Virus record (IMG/VR): IMGVR_UViG_3300040751_002535
From: a virus
DNA length: 64,000 bases
Reading direction: 5' to 3' (one strand)
Every line of letters starts with the position of its first letter. Position 1 is the stretch's first letter. The position numbers and the translations under genes were made by a program. Under the pieces are notes generated by a model, which was not told the origin of the DNA, ran no database searches, and saw only the letters and a list, made by a program, of their open reading frames with translations. Of this stretch, positions 40,895 through 50,673 are shown one piece after another.

Positions 40895-41664
40895 TGAAGA
40901 TTAGAGAAGTCACCGAAGAAGTTGTACCTATCAACAATACCGAACATGCTGTAGAACGGTTGAAAGTTGCTGCTGAACTTTGTAGTAAAATGGGCAATCA
41001 GCCTATTCTTTACAGAGCAATGCACGGAAGCACATATCATGGTGGTGCTAAAAACAATCTAATACAAAAAATAACCAATCCTGCAAGAAAAGGTGTAATG
41101 GGAAATCATAATACTATACAAGTAGCAGTTCTTAAAGGCTTAGGCATCGCTAGTCCAGCACAAGCAACTACAGTGGCACCTGCAAGCAACAGCAACTATT
41201 TTGGTACAAATCATATAATAATTCCAGGTGGCGACTTTACTGCTCATTGGAACCCAGACATCGACGACTTGGGTGGCTTCAAAGGATATGATCCACAATA
41301 TGCTCAAGGTGCTGGCCCAAGCGGCGGAACTATTAGCCGCAGAGACGAGCCAGAAGGTGAAGAATTACAAAAAATACTAGGTGGTTATCAAAAAGGTATT
41401 CCTAGTTATAGCCAACACAAAGGCGAAGTTATATTAGATACAGAGTTTTATTATATGCTAAACTTAGAATCGTTTTTGAGTAAGTTCGGCGGCAAGAAAG
41501 TTAAAGAATTAATCACAATAGATAATAGGAAAAGTTTTGCTCCTATCAAACAAGATCTATTGGTAGATAAGTTTAAAACATATCGCGACATTGGATGGTA
41601 TCTAGCAAACCCTGCTACAAATATGATGAAGTGGATTGCTGATAAGGAAGCAACGAGAGCATAA
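40894..41664 (+). CDS. putative head-internal protein, possible ADP-ribosyltransferase fold
   Basis: MKIREVTEE; ILYR and GEVI motifs. Confidence 0.55.
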   Translation: MKIREVTEEVVPINNTEHAVERLKVAAELCSKMGNQPILYRAMHGSTYHGGAKNNLIQKITNPARKGVMGNHNTIQVAVLKGLGIASPAQATTVAPASNSNYFGTNHIIIPGGDFTAHWNPDIDDLGGFKGYDPQYAQGAGPSGGTISRRDEPEGEELQKILGGYQKGIPSYSQHKGEVILDTEFYYMLNLESFLSKFGGKKVKELITIDNRKSFAPIKQDLLVDKFKTYRDIGWYLANPATNMMKWIADKEATRA

Positions 41665-41777
41665 TGACAAAAGAAGAACTAGCACACTACATAACTAAAT
41701 ATAAAGAACACGAAGCACGTAGAGCTAGTACTAATGAACGTAATGCATATTGGAGGAAATACAATGAAAATAAGTGA
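41664..41777 (+). CDS. 37 aa hypothetical protein (not in ORF track)
   Basis: TAATG coupled; fills gap. Confidence 0.45.
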   Translation: MTKEELAHYITKYKEHEARRASTNERNAYWRKYNENK

Positions 41778-42054
41778 ACTACTAGAAGAAAAAGTTGAAA
41801 TGTGTCCAGATGCATGTTGCGGTAAACCTGTTACAGAATGTAAATGTGGACCTGATTGCGAGCATTGTGACTGTCACGAAAAGAACAAAATGAATGAAAC
41901 TACTAGTGCAGGAAGCGTAGCAGCAGTAGCAGCACCAATCGGTGGTATGCAATCTCGTCAACCTAAAAACCCAGATGGTACTGCTAAAAATGCATTAGAC
42001 AGTGATACATTAATGGCTGGAAAGAAAAAGAAGACTAAGAGTAAAAAGGCATAA
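41764..42054 (+). CDS. putative head-internal protein with Cys-rich segment
   Basis: GGAGG RBS; MKISELLEE; CPDACCGKPVTECKCGPDCEHCDCH. Confidence 0.7.
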   Translation: MKISELLEEKVEMCPDACCGKPVTECKCGPDCEHCDCHEKNKMNETTSAGSVAAVAAPIGGMQSRQPKNPDGTAKNALDSDTLMAGKKKKTKSKKA

Positions 42055-42085
42055 ATACACTATAATACGTATTGGAGCCAAATCA

Positions 42086-42448
42086 ATGACTAAAAAAACA
42101 AATGAAGGTCTTGCAGACTTAGCTGATGTAGCAGAGCGCGACCACGAAGTACAAATGGCACGAAGCGATTTGTACAAACTTGCAAAATATTCTATCAAAC
42201 TACACGAGATGCTAAAAAATGTAAGTGAAGCAGAAGGTATAGAAGGATGGCAGCAAGCTAAGATTACCAAAGCAGCAGATTATATTTCAAGTGTATATCA
42301 CGCATTGGATTATGATACAAAGTTTGAAAGTGTAAATGTAGCAGAAGATGCAAAGCCAAAAACAATAAAACGTACATTATCTGATTCTCAAGTTAAATCT
42401 TACAAAGGCAGTTTATCTGAAAAACTTTCAACTATAACAGGGAGATAA
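42086..42448 (+). CDS. putative head protein
   Basis: ATAAATA at 42051; DHEVQMARSDL...WQQAKITKAADYI. Confidence 0.7.
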   Translation: MTKKTNEGLADLADVAERDHEVQMARSDLYKLAKYSIKLHEMLKNVSEAEGIEGWQQAKITKAADYISSVYHALDYDTKFESVNVAEDAKPKTIKRTLSDSQVKSYKGSLSEKLSTITGR

Positions 42449-42450
42449 TC

Positions 42451-42657
42451 ATGAGAATACGTGAGCTATTTGAATCAGCAACTCTATGCAACGAATGCGG
42501 AAATCCTAGTTGGAAAACACTTGAGTCAGATGATCTCGATGAAGGTAAAAAGAAAAAGAAATCAACCAAGAAAAAAGGCAGCCACGGTAAAGTGTGCTGG
42601 AAGGGCTATCGTAGAGGCAAAGGCGATAGTTGTCATAAAGTAAAAGGGGACGGTTAA
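42451..42657 (+). CDS. small basic putative head-internal protein
   Basis: MRIRELFE; CWKGY motif; Lys-rich. Confidence 0.65.
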   Translation: MRIRELFESATLCNECGNPSWKTLESDDLDEGKKKKKSTKKKGSHGKVCWKGYRRGKGDSCHKVKGDG

Positions 42658-43298
42658 TGGACTTTAATGCACTACAACACAAACTATTTGCAATGGATCC
42701 AGTTGATCCTAGAGAAGATATAGCAAGAATGAAAGCACAAGCTGCCGCTCCAGCAGTTGAAAGTGATGGGATTGATTATCTTAAAGAAAGTGCCGTAGTG
42801 CCAGAAGGTTCATTACAAATGGATCGTGATTATAGTGTTAATGATTTTGCTGCACTAGCAGGTGTTACTATAACTGAATCACAAAGAACTGGCAGTGCTG
42901 GACAAGCAAAAGCCAATGCACCGATGCCGCCGGCAAAACCAGGGCGTACTACACATCCATTAAAAGATAAACTAGTAGGTGAATGCGCTGATGATACAAT
43001 TCGCATAGAAAAACTTGAAGATAAAATTAAATCACTAGAAGCTATTGTTATAAAACTAGCTGCAAAAGCAGGATTAGTTGAACGTGAACTTAGTAACGAC
43101 GAAGAAAAAGAAAAAGAACGTATTGTTACAGGTATGAAGAAAAACAAAAGCGATTTTAAAGATCGTTATGGCAACGATGCAGAAGCAGTTATGTATGCTA
43201 CTGCTACAAAACGTGCAAAACAAAATGCAAGCGTAGATTATTCAAGTGATATTAAAACAAGATTGTATGATGCATTAAATAAGAAAATGGGTGTATAA
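42657..43298 (+). CDS. putative head protein
   Basis: FAALAGV, LKE/ITE/LVE sites, MYATATKRAK. Confidence 0.7.
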   Translation: MDFNALQHKLFAMDPVDPREDIARMKAQAAAPAVESDGIDYLKESAVVPEGSLQMDRDYSVNDFAALAGVTITESQRTGSAGQAKANAPMPPAKPGRTTHPLKDKLVGECADDTIRIEKLEDKIKSLEAIVIKLAAKAGLVERELSNDEEKEKERIVTGMKKNKSDFKDRYGNDAEAVMYATATKRAKQNASVDYSSDIKTRLYDALNKKMGV

Positions 43299-45961
43299 TG
43301 AAACTAAACGAGTTCATCGTTGAAAATGTTTTAAAACAATTTAGGACAGCAGCAGGTCCAGGACTTTCAATGAATAATCCTGGTAATCCAGATGGCAGTC
43401 ATGTTGTAGAAATCAAACGAGCTTTAAGGAAGCATACTCTTGTAACAGGAAAAACACAAAATGGCAGTTTTCAAACTGCTGGGCCTGCATGGTCAGGTGA
43501 TGAGTCAGGAACCTGGGATCAAACATTAGACGATGCTATTAAAACTTGGAAAAATAGTATCAACATACAAGTTAATAATCCAAACGAACTAAACACTGCT
43601 TTAGGAGAACTACGAGAAAAAGATATTCGCTATCTTATTAGTACTAGTCTTTTTCCAGCTGGAAGCGGATCTATGGCAGGATTGCTACAAATAGGCAATG
43701 ATGGCACAACTCCTGGAAATCAAAATACTGCTGCTACCTGGGAAGGACAAGAAGTTGATATAAATCATGTTATTGATACCCCAGTTGAACAAGTGACTGA
43801 TACAGCACAAATGATTGCTGCTATTGGCTTTAGTGGCTGGTATTTTATTCTACAAGAACTACTCAACAAACGTGAAGAAAACACACAAGGAATACAACAA
43901 AGTCAAAACGCAAGACTAGCTGAACTCAATAGAATGATGGTAACCATCTATGAAAGACAGAATCAGGTTGGATCTATTTGGCTAGAAGAAGTATGGGAAA
44001 GAGGAGTTGTCCTTAAAATAAGTGACGGACTGACTGCTACTCTTGCAAATGGCGAGGAAATGGAGTTTTTGCCTCCAAACTGGCGCAATGGGTCAATGCG
44101 TGAAGAAGCACAACAACTTTACGAATATTTTAGACAACTTGCAACAGGATTAATAGCCAAGTTTAAACAACAAGACTCCGAAGCTGATGCAGCAAGAAAT
44201 GCTCCAGATGTAGTTGATACACCTACATTAGATGCAACTACTACAACAGCATGGGTTACTGCAATGAATCAGGCATTTGAAAATAGTATTAGTGCAGGTA
44301 TTATACCAGGGGGTAGAGGATTCGGATATGATCGTGAAAAGATCAGCGATCTAATGAATCAACTAAACACAGCAGGAGATTGGGACCAAGTTGAGGAAGC
44401 ATACGATGCACAGTTTGAAGATCTATCAACACAGCTAGTTGATGAACTTAGCGAAGCTGATTATCAATCCCTAGTTATAAGACGACTTACTGCATTAAGA
44501 AGAATAAATCCAAAACTGTTGTATGCATCTATTGTTTGGGGACAAGACACTGATAGCATGGATGTTAGTATCGATGAGGACACCTATACTGTTGTTAAAC
44601 AGTTAGATAGTAATGGATTTCCTGTGGTCAACAAAGGCAGACGTGAAGTTAACGATGTATTAGTTATTGATGATGCATTGAAGGCAGCGATTGAACTATC
44701 TGGTGGAACTGTTCCTGATCTAAACATTGAAGCTAATGAAGAACACCGTGCAATGGGCGGCGCTATTATTGTAACAGTAATAAACGATCGTGTTCCAGAA
44801 ATGACAGCGTTTTATACAATGCAAGATCCGTTCAGTGAATCACAGTTTAAATCACTAGGTCCGAGACGTTTGCTAGGTATAAGTGAAGGAGCTGCGGTGC
44901 TTGTAGCAAATGGTTCAAGTGAAGAATCTGTTGCACAATGGATACACGGACAAGTTATGGACGATAGACTTTGGCTTATTGGAGATGAATCTCAAGATAT
45001 CGAAGGTGCTGCTAATGTTCATTTTGATAGTAGGTATAGAGACGAAAGTGAACAATCAGACGGATTCGGAAGCGATGATGATGATGTCGAAAATACAGAA
45101 CTCGAAACTGATCTTATAAACAGATTATTCAGTCCTGATGCACGAAATGCTGCATTGGCAGAACTTGGACAAATATCTCCAGACACAGAACTACAAAGAG
45201 TATATGACAGAGTTTATCGCGGATATCAAAGTACACACGGCAACTGGCTAGACGAAGATATTACACAAGTAAGCGAATTAGAAAACTATGTAGAAGGTGA
45301 TCAAAACAATATTCCAGATGGCTTTAAATCTATCATGGGTAAAATAGGCATTCCATATGCTGCACCAACATTGATGGCCCAAATATTTAAAGAAAGTATG
45401 GAACCTGGATGGTTTGGTTGGGGAACTGATGAAAATCTATTAGGTGCGTTGATTGCACAAATAAGAAATAGAGAAGATTACTTACAAGTAAATGAAAGAT
45501 ACAAAGCAAAATACGGTAGCGACTTAATCGACGATGTCGATGCAGAGGATAGTAGTTGGAAACTCAACAATGATGGTGAATTTGTTGAAGCACTTAAACT
45601 TGCTATTGGAGAAGATGTTGATATTACACGAGAAGGTATAAGCACGCCTGCTATGAGAGCATTTTCTACAATGCGTAACGAACCCGCAGAAAATAATATT
45701 GCAGCCTTTAGAGCAAAGATTAGTAAATCTAACTTTGATAGTGTTGGCGCAGTAATGTATATACTAGATGAAATCAATAATATTGTATTAGCAACTCCAG
45801 GTGCATCGACGGAACAACAAGAAGAGTTTTTACAAATCATTGCAGATTTTGAAGAAACATTTGAAGGTGAAAGAGCCGAGCGTACAGGATATAGTGCGCC
45901 AAAGTTTGAAGATATAATTGCTGACTGGAAACTAAACAACAGCGATCAATGGTTTCAATAA
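43298..45961 (+). CDS. large putative head-internal protein with annexin-like repeats
   Basis: MKLNEFIVE; GWGTDENLLGALIAQI...YKAKYGSDLIDDV. Confidence 0.65.
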   Translation: MKLNEFIVENVLKQFRTAAGPGLSMNNPGNPDGSHVVEIKRALRKHTLVTGKTQNGSFQTAGPAWSGDESGTWDQTLDDAIKTWKNSINIQVNNPNELNTALGELREKDIRYLISTSLFPAGSGSMAGLLQIGNDGTTPGNQNTAATWEGQEVDINHVIDTPVEQVTDTAQMIAAIGFSGWYFILQELLNKREENTQGIQQSQNARLAELNRMMVTIYERQNQVGSIWLEEVWERGVVLKISDGLTATLANGEEMEFLPPNWRNGSMREEAQQLYEYFRQLATGLIAKFKQQDSEADAARNAPDVVDTPTLDATTTTAWVTAMNQAFENSISAGIIPGGRGFGYDREKISDLMNQLNTAGDWDQVEEAYDAQFEDLSTQLVDELSEADYQSLVIRRLTALRRINPKLLYASIVWGQDTDSMDVSIDEDTYTVVKQLDSNGFPVVNKGRREVNDVLVIDDALKAAIELSGGTVPDLNIEANEEHRAMGGAIIVTVINDRVPEMTAFYTMQDPFSESQFKSLGPRRLLGISEGAAVLVANGSSEESVAQWIHGQVMDDRLWLIGDESQDIEGAANVHFDSRYRDESEQSDGFGSDDDDVENTELETDLINRLFSPDARNAALAELGQISPDTELQRVYDRVYRGYQSTHGNWLDEDITQVSELENYVEGDQNNIPDGFKSIMGKIGIPYAAPTLMAQIFKESMEPGWFGWGTDENLLGALIAQIRNREDYLQVNERYKAKYGSDLIDDVDAEDSSWKLNNDGEFVEALKLAIGEDVDITREGISTPAMRAFSTMRNEPAENNIAAFRAKISKSNFDSVGAVMYILDEINNIVLATPGASTEQQEEFLQIIADFEETFEGERAERTGYSAPKFEDIIADWKLNNSDQWFQ

Positions 45962-46638
45962 TAGTGGACGAGTACGATTTAGACGAGCACGAACTTTATC
46001 TAAAATATCCACAACATCACAAATGGTGGAATAAACTTTATCTAGCAGAAACTATGGGCTATAGTTGTGGTCCAGGGGGTGTAAGAATACCCAGCACAGG
46101 CGAATATGTAATACGTCCTATATACAATCTTATAGGCATGGGTGTGTGTACAACTATAAAAGTATTAAAACAAGGTGATTGTACCAGCACACCTCCGGGT
46201 TACTTTTGGTGCGAATACTTAGAAGGCAATCATTACAGTGCTACATACGAAAATATCAACGGTACATGGAAACCTTTACACTGCTGGCAAGGATGGAACC
46301 GGAAATCAAATGTTGTAAAGTTTAATAAATGGATACGCAGTGATTATACACCAACCATTCCCAAAGCTATTGCTAATATAAATAATGTAAAGTATATCAA
46401 CATTGAATACAAAGGCGACAATCCTATTGAGTTGCATTTTCGTCCTAGTGGCAATCCAGATGGTACATCGATTAGTAAGTGGAATGAATATATTCCTATA
46501 TGGCATGATACTACACAGTTTGAAAAAGACAAACTAGTTGACCAAGGATACACTTGGATAGATAATCCGTATGATAACTGGATGGAAGACATGGAGCCGT
46601 ATTTGAACGAAAGGCGGCTCGGGTACTATGTACGGTAG
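45949..46638 (+). CDS. ATP-grasp-like protein
   Basis: YVIRPIYNLIGMG, CEYLEG, NIEY...IELHFR. Confidence 0.55.
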   Translation: MVSIIVDEYDLDEHELYLKYPQHHKWWNKLYLAETMGYSCGPGGVRIPSTGEYVIRPIYNLIGMGVCTTIKVLKQGDCTSTPPGYFWCEYLEGNHYSATYENINGTWKPLHCWQGWNRKSNVVKFNKWIRSDYTPTIPKAIANINNVKYINIEYKGDNPIELHFRPSGNPDGTSISKWNEYIPIWHDTTQFEKDKLVDQGYTWIDNPYDNWMEDMEPYLNERRLGYYVR

Positions 46639-47065
46639 AATTGATTTATCCAAAGTAAAATACAAACTAGATCCTGACATTTTTTTGCACAAACCTAGTT
46701 GGAAAGAAGCAGCACACGTATACAATCTCTATTGTAAATACAAAAACTTTGATAGTGTGTTTCCATTGTATAGTGATGATATTTTACAGAATGATTTTCA
46801 TTGTTTGTATATAGACAATAAACTTGTAGCATGGGAACAAACAAGAACATATACAAATGACAAAGTTGCATTTAGTGATCAGTTTGCATGGGATTACAGC
46901 AATCCAGAAGATAGAGTTGGTTGGAGATTTAGCTACCACGTTCCAGCTTATTACAAGTCACAAGGTTATAAGTATCTATACTTAGGAGATCACCACGACT
47001 ATAAAAGTCGTATTCAAGGATACGAAATATTAGGTCCAATAAAAACACTTGACAACAAAACATAA
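46628..47065 (+). CDS. aminoacyl-tRNA-protein transferase (ATE/Bpt C-terminal GNAT-like) protein
   Basis: YIDNKLVAW, WDYSNPEDRVG, GYKYLYLG, YKSRI. Confidence 0.6.
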   Translation: MYGRIDLSKVKYKLDPDIFLHKPSWKEAAHVYNLYCKYKNFDSVFPLYSDDILQNDFHCLYIDNKLVAWEQTRTYTNDKVAFSDQFAWDYSNPEDRVGWRFSYHVPAYYKSQGYKYLYLGDHHDYKSRIQGYEILGPIKTLDNKT

Positions 47066-47077
47066 CTACTGTATATT
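47049..47077 (+). promoter_or_regulatory. sigma70-type promoter
   Basis: TTGACA-N17-TATATT. Confidence 0.75.
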
Positions 47078-47101
47078 AAACTTAATAAAAAGGAGTATTG
47101 C

Positions 47102-47365
47102 ATGAGCGATAGAGTATATGGACAAGAAGAAAAAGCCAAGCTAGAACGTCTAGTTAAAGAAGGCGTAACAGTACTACAAGAAATCGAAGATTTGCAAGGC
47201 GGATTAAAAGAAACTGTAAAAGCAGTAGCAGAAGAACTAAATGTTAAACCAAGTCTTATTAACAAAGCCATCAAAGTTGCACAAAAACGTGACTGGAGTC
47301 GAGTTGCAGACGAATATGAAGATCTTGAAACTATTGTTGCTACAGTAGGATACGATACGGAGTGA
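47102..47365 (+). CDS. dsDNA-binding protein (T4 DsbA/GapR-like)
   Basis: size, helical pattern and position before the polymerase. Confidence 0.55.
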   Translation: MSDRVYGQEEKAKLERLVKEGVTVLQEIEDLQGGLKETVKAVAEELNVKPSLINKAIKVAQKRDWSRVADEYEDLETIVATVGYDTE

Positions 47366-47405
47366 ATGAAAAGAAATATAGTATAGTGAATAATAAGGAG
47401 AACTC

Positions 47406-50087
47406 ATGCCATATGTAGATGCATTCTTTGACAGAGATTCGGATATTATTCGAGTAGTCGAACGCAAGGACGGAAAAAGACATTTCCACGAATATCAATC
47501 AAAATACACATTTTATTATGAAGATCCACGTGGTAAGTACAAAAGTATCTACGGCGACCAACTAAGTCGGATTGTATGCAAAAACACCAAAGACTTTAGA
47601 AAAGAACTTGCTATCAACCGTGGCAAAAACTTGTTTGAAAGTGACATTAATCCAATCTTTCAGTGTTTGAGTGAACACTATCTCAATCAAGATGCCCCAA
47701 AGTTGAATGTAGCGTTTTGGGATATTGAGACTGACTTTGATCCAGAGCGAGGATTTGCTCCAGTTGAAGATCCGTTTATGCCTATTACTGCTATTACTGT
47801 ACACTTGCAATGGCTTGACTTGCTAATAACTGTTGCTATGCCTCCCAAAGGCATGCCACTTGAAGAAGCAACAGCAATGTGCAAAAAACGCTGGGGTGAT
47901 AGTTGTATACTATTTCCTAATAACGAAAAAGGCGAGGGCGAAATGCTGAGTATGTTCCTGGATCTTATTGAAGATGCAGACATTCACAGTGGATGGAACA
48001 GTGAAGGGTATGATGTTCCGTATACTATCAACAGAATTAAACGTGTACTAAGCAGTGATGATACACGTAGATTCTGCTTATGGGGACAAAAGCCCAAGCG
48101 TAGAGAATATGAAAAGTTTGGTAAGACAAGTGAGACATATGATACTATCGGAAGAGTACATATGGACTATCTCAACTTGTATCGCAAGTATACATACGAA
48201 GAACGTCATACATATCGACTGGATGCCATCGGCGAACTGGAAGTAGGAGAGAACAAAACTGTATATGAAGGTACACTTGATCAGCTGTACAACAATGACT
48301 TTGAAACTTTTATTGAATACAACAGACAAGACGTTGCACTGTTAGACAAACTAGACAAGAAACTAAAATTTATTGATCTTGCAAATGTACTAGCACACGA
48401 AAATACTGTGTTACTACAAACCACAATGGGTGCTGTTGCACTTACTGAGCAGGCTATTGTTAACGAGTCGCATAGACGTGGTATGCAAGTGCCTAATAGA
48501 AAACAACACGAAGGAAACACAGCAGCAGCAGGCGCATATGTTGCATTTCCTAAAAAAGGTGTGCATGAATGGGTTGGATCAATGGACTTAAACAGCCTGT
48601 ATCCAAGTGTTATTCGTGCATTAAATATGGGCCCCGAAACTGTAGTTGGTCAAATACGATTGGATATTAGCGACGAGCGTATTCACAATGATACAACGCT
48701 CAAAAAGAAGAGCTTTGCAGGCAGCTGGGAAGGACGTTTTGCAACTGAAGAATATGAAGCAGTTATGGAACAAAAACGTGATGTAATGCTTACATTAGAT
48801 TTAGAAAACGGGCAAGAAGAAGTGCTGAGTGCAGCAGAAGTTTGGAAGTTGATTTATGATAGTCATCAGCCATGGATGCTTAGTTCAAACGGTACAATCT
48901 TTACAAACGAGTTTGAAGGTGTTATTCCAGGACTACTAAAACGTTGGTACAGCGAACGTAAAGATCTACAAAAGAATCTTAAAAAAGCAAAAGATGCTAA
49001 GAACGAAGTAGAGATTGAATACTGGGATAAACGTCAGTTGGTTAAGAAGATTAACTTGAACAGTTTGTATGGTGCTATTCTCAATCCAGGTTGTAGATTC
49101 TTTGACAAGCGTATTGGACAGAGTACAACGCTAACAGGTAGAACTATTGTTAAACATATGAGTGCAGAGGTTAATAAGATTATTACTGGTGAGTATGATC
49201 ATGTTGGTAAAGCTGTTATCTATGGCGATACTGACTCTGTGTATTTTAGTGCATATCCTGTACTAAAAGATGACATTGCAGCGGGAAAGATTCCGTGGAC
49301 CAAAGATAATGTAATAAAACTTTATGACCAAGTGTGCGAGCAGGCAAACGAAACATTTCCAGAAATGATGCTAAAAGCATTTCATTGTCCAAAGAGTCGT
49401 AGCGATGTTATTGCAGCAGGTAGAGAGATTGTTGCCGAAACTGGGCTGTTTATCACTAAGAAACGCTATGCAGCACTAGTGTACGACATTGAAGGATTTA
49501 GAACAGATGAAGATGGAAAACTAGGCAAAGTAAAAGCAATGGGCTTGGATCTAAAGCGTAGTGATACGCCGGTGTTTATGCAGGATTTCTTAAAAGATTT
49601 GCTTGATATGGTACTACAGAAAAAACCTGAAAAAGAACTACTTGAAGCTATTAGTCAGTTTAGACGTGAGTTCAAAGATCGTCCGGGATTTGAAAAAGGT
49701 TCGCCTAAACGTGCAAACAAGATTGGACATTATCAGCGTCTTGAAGAAAAGCAAGGCAAAGCAAACATGCCCGGACATGTAAGAGCAAGTATCAACTGGA
49801 ATACACTCAAGCGTATGAACGGCGACAAATATTCGCAAGAGATTGTAGATGGTATGAAAGTTATTGTTTGTAAACTAAAACAAAATCCACTAGGATATAC
49901 AAGTGTTGCATATCCAACAGATGAACTACGTATTCCGGATTGGTTCAAAGAACTGCCATTCGATGGCGATGCTATGGAAGAAGTTATTATTGACAACAAA
50001 CTAGACAACTTGATTGGTGTGTTGGATTATGACTTAGAAAGTACAAAACAAAAAACTACATTTAACAACTTATTTGATTGGGACTAA
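47406..50087 (+). CDS. family B DNA polymerase
   Basis: DIET exonuclease motif, DLNSLYPS, KINLNSLYG, YGDTDS, KKRY. Confidence 0.96.
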   Translation: MPYVDAFFDRDSDIIRVVERKDGKRHFHEYQSKYTFYYEDPRGKYKSIYGDQLSRIVCKNTKDFRKELAINRGKNLFESDINPIFQCLSEHYLNQDAPKLNVAFWDIETDFDPERGFAPVEDPFMPITAITVHLQWLDLLITVAMPPKGMPLEEATAMCKKRWGDSCILFPNNEKGEGEMLSMFLDLIEDADIHSGWNSEGYDVPYTINRIKRVLSSDDTRRFCLWGQKPKRREYEKFGKTSETYDTIGRVHMDYLNLYRKYTYEERHTYRLDAIGELEVGENKTVYEGTLDQLYNNDFETFIEYNRQDVALLDKLDKKLKFIDLANVLAHENTVLLQTTMGAVALTEQAIVNESHRRGMQVPNRKQHEGNTAAAGAYVAFPKKGVHEWVGSMDLNSLYPSVIRALNMGPETVVGQIRLDISDERIHNDTTLKKKSFAGSWEGRFATEEYEAVMEQKRDVMLTLDLENGQEEVLSAAEVWKLIYDSHQPWMLSSNGTIFTNEFEGVIPGLLKRWYSERKDLQKNLKKAKDAKNEVEIEYWDKRQLVKKINLNSLYGAILNPGCRFFDKRIGQSTTLTGRTIVKHMSAEVNKIITGEYDHVGKAVIYGDTDSVYFSAYPVLKDDIAAGKIPWTKDNVIKLYDQVCEQANETFPEMMLKAFHCPKSRSDVIAAGREIVAETGLFITKKRYAALVYDIEGFRTDEDGKLGKVKAMGLDLKRSDTPVFMQDFLKDLLDMVLQKKPEKELLEAISQFRREFKDRPGFEKGSPKRANKIGHYQRLEEKQGKANMPGHVRASINWNTLKRMNGDKYSQEIVDGMKVIVCKLKQNPLGYTSVAYPTDELRIPDWFKELPFDGDAMEEVIIDNKLDNLIGVLDYDLESTKQKTTFNNLFDWD

Positions 50088-50088
50088 T

Positions 50089-50508
50089 ATGAAAGTAGGT
50101 ATTACATTTAGTGCATTTGATCTACTTCATGCAGGACATATTGGTATGTTGCGTGAAGCAAGAGCAAACTGTGATTATCTCATTGTAGGGTTGCAAACTG
50201 ATCCTACTATCGATAGACCAGATACCAAAAACAAACCAGTACAAACATTGGTAGAGCGTTATGCACAACTTAATGCACTCAAGTTTATTGACGAGATTGT
50301 GCCATACGAAACTGAGCAGGACTTGATGGACATACTGGAACTGTTTCAGATCGATGTAAGATTCTTAGGTGAAGAATACAAAGAAGACGAGTTTAGTGGC
50401 AAAGATATATGTCGCAAGCGAGGTATTCAACTGCATTTTAACAAGCGTGATCACAGATTCAGCACAAGTGATTTACGCAAACGAGTTGCTGAAAGAGAGA
50501 ATAGATAA
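50089..50508 (+). CDS. cytidylyltransferase (TagD-like)
   Basis: FDLLHAGH (HxGH), RFSTSDLR. Confidence 0.85.
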   Translation: MKVGITFSAFDLLHAGHIGMLREARANCDYLIVGLQTDPTIDRPDTKNKPVQTLVERYAQLNALKFIDEIVPYETEQDLMDILELFQIDVRFLGEEYKEDEFSGKDICRKRGIQLHFNKRDHRFSTSDLRKRVAERENR

Positions 50509-50672
50509 TGTGGACACTACTTATTGTTAGTACAGTTATTGGACTAGAAGAACCTAAAATAACATATTGGAATAACTATAAAACTCAAAAAGAGTGCTTA
50601 TTAGAACGAGCAGTACTTACTTCAACCTTTACACAAGGCGAAAGAGCATTGTGTAGTAAAAAGGAGAAATAA
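50508..50672 (+). CDS. 54 aa hypothetical protein (not in ORF track)
   Basis: TAATG coupled; MWTLLIV...EC...C. Confidence 0.5.
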   Translation: MWTLLIVSTVIGLEEPKITYWNNYKTQKECLLERAVLTSTFTQGERALCSKKEK

Positions 50673-50673
50673 G

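Noticed and set aside
47406-50087. Intein or intron in PolB (also checked thyA and clpA)
   Set aside because: Lengths and motif spacing look normal; no intein termini or homing endonuclease motifs seen.
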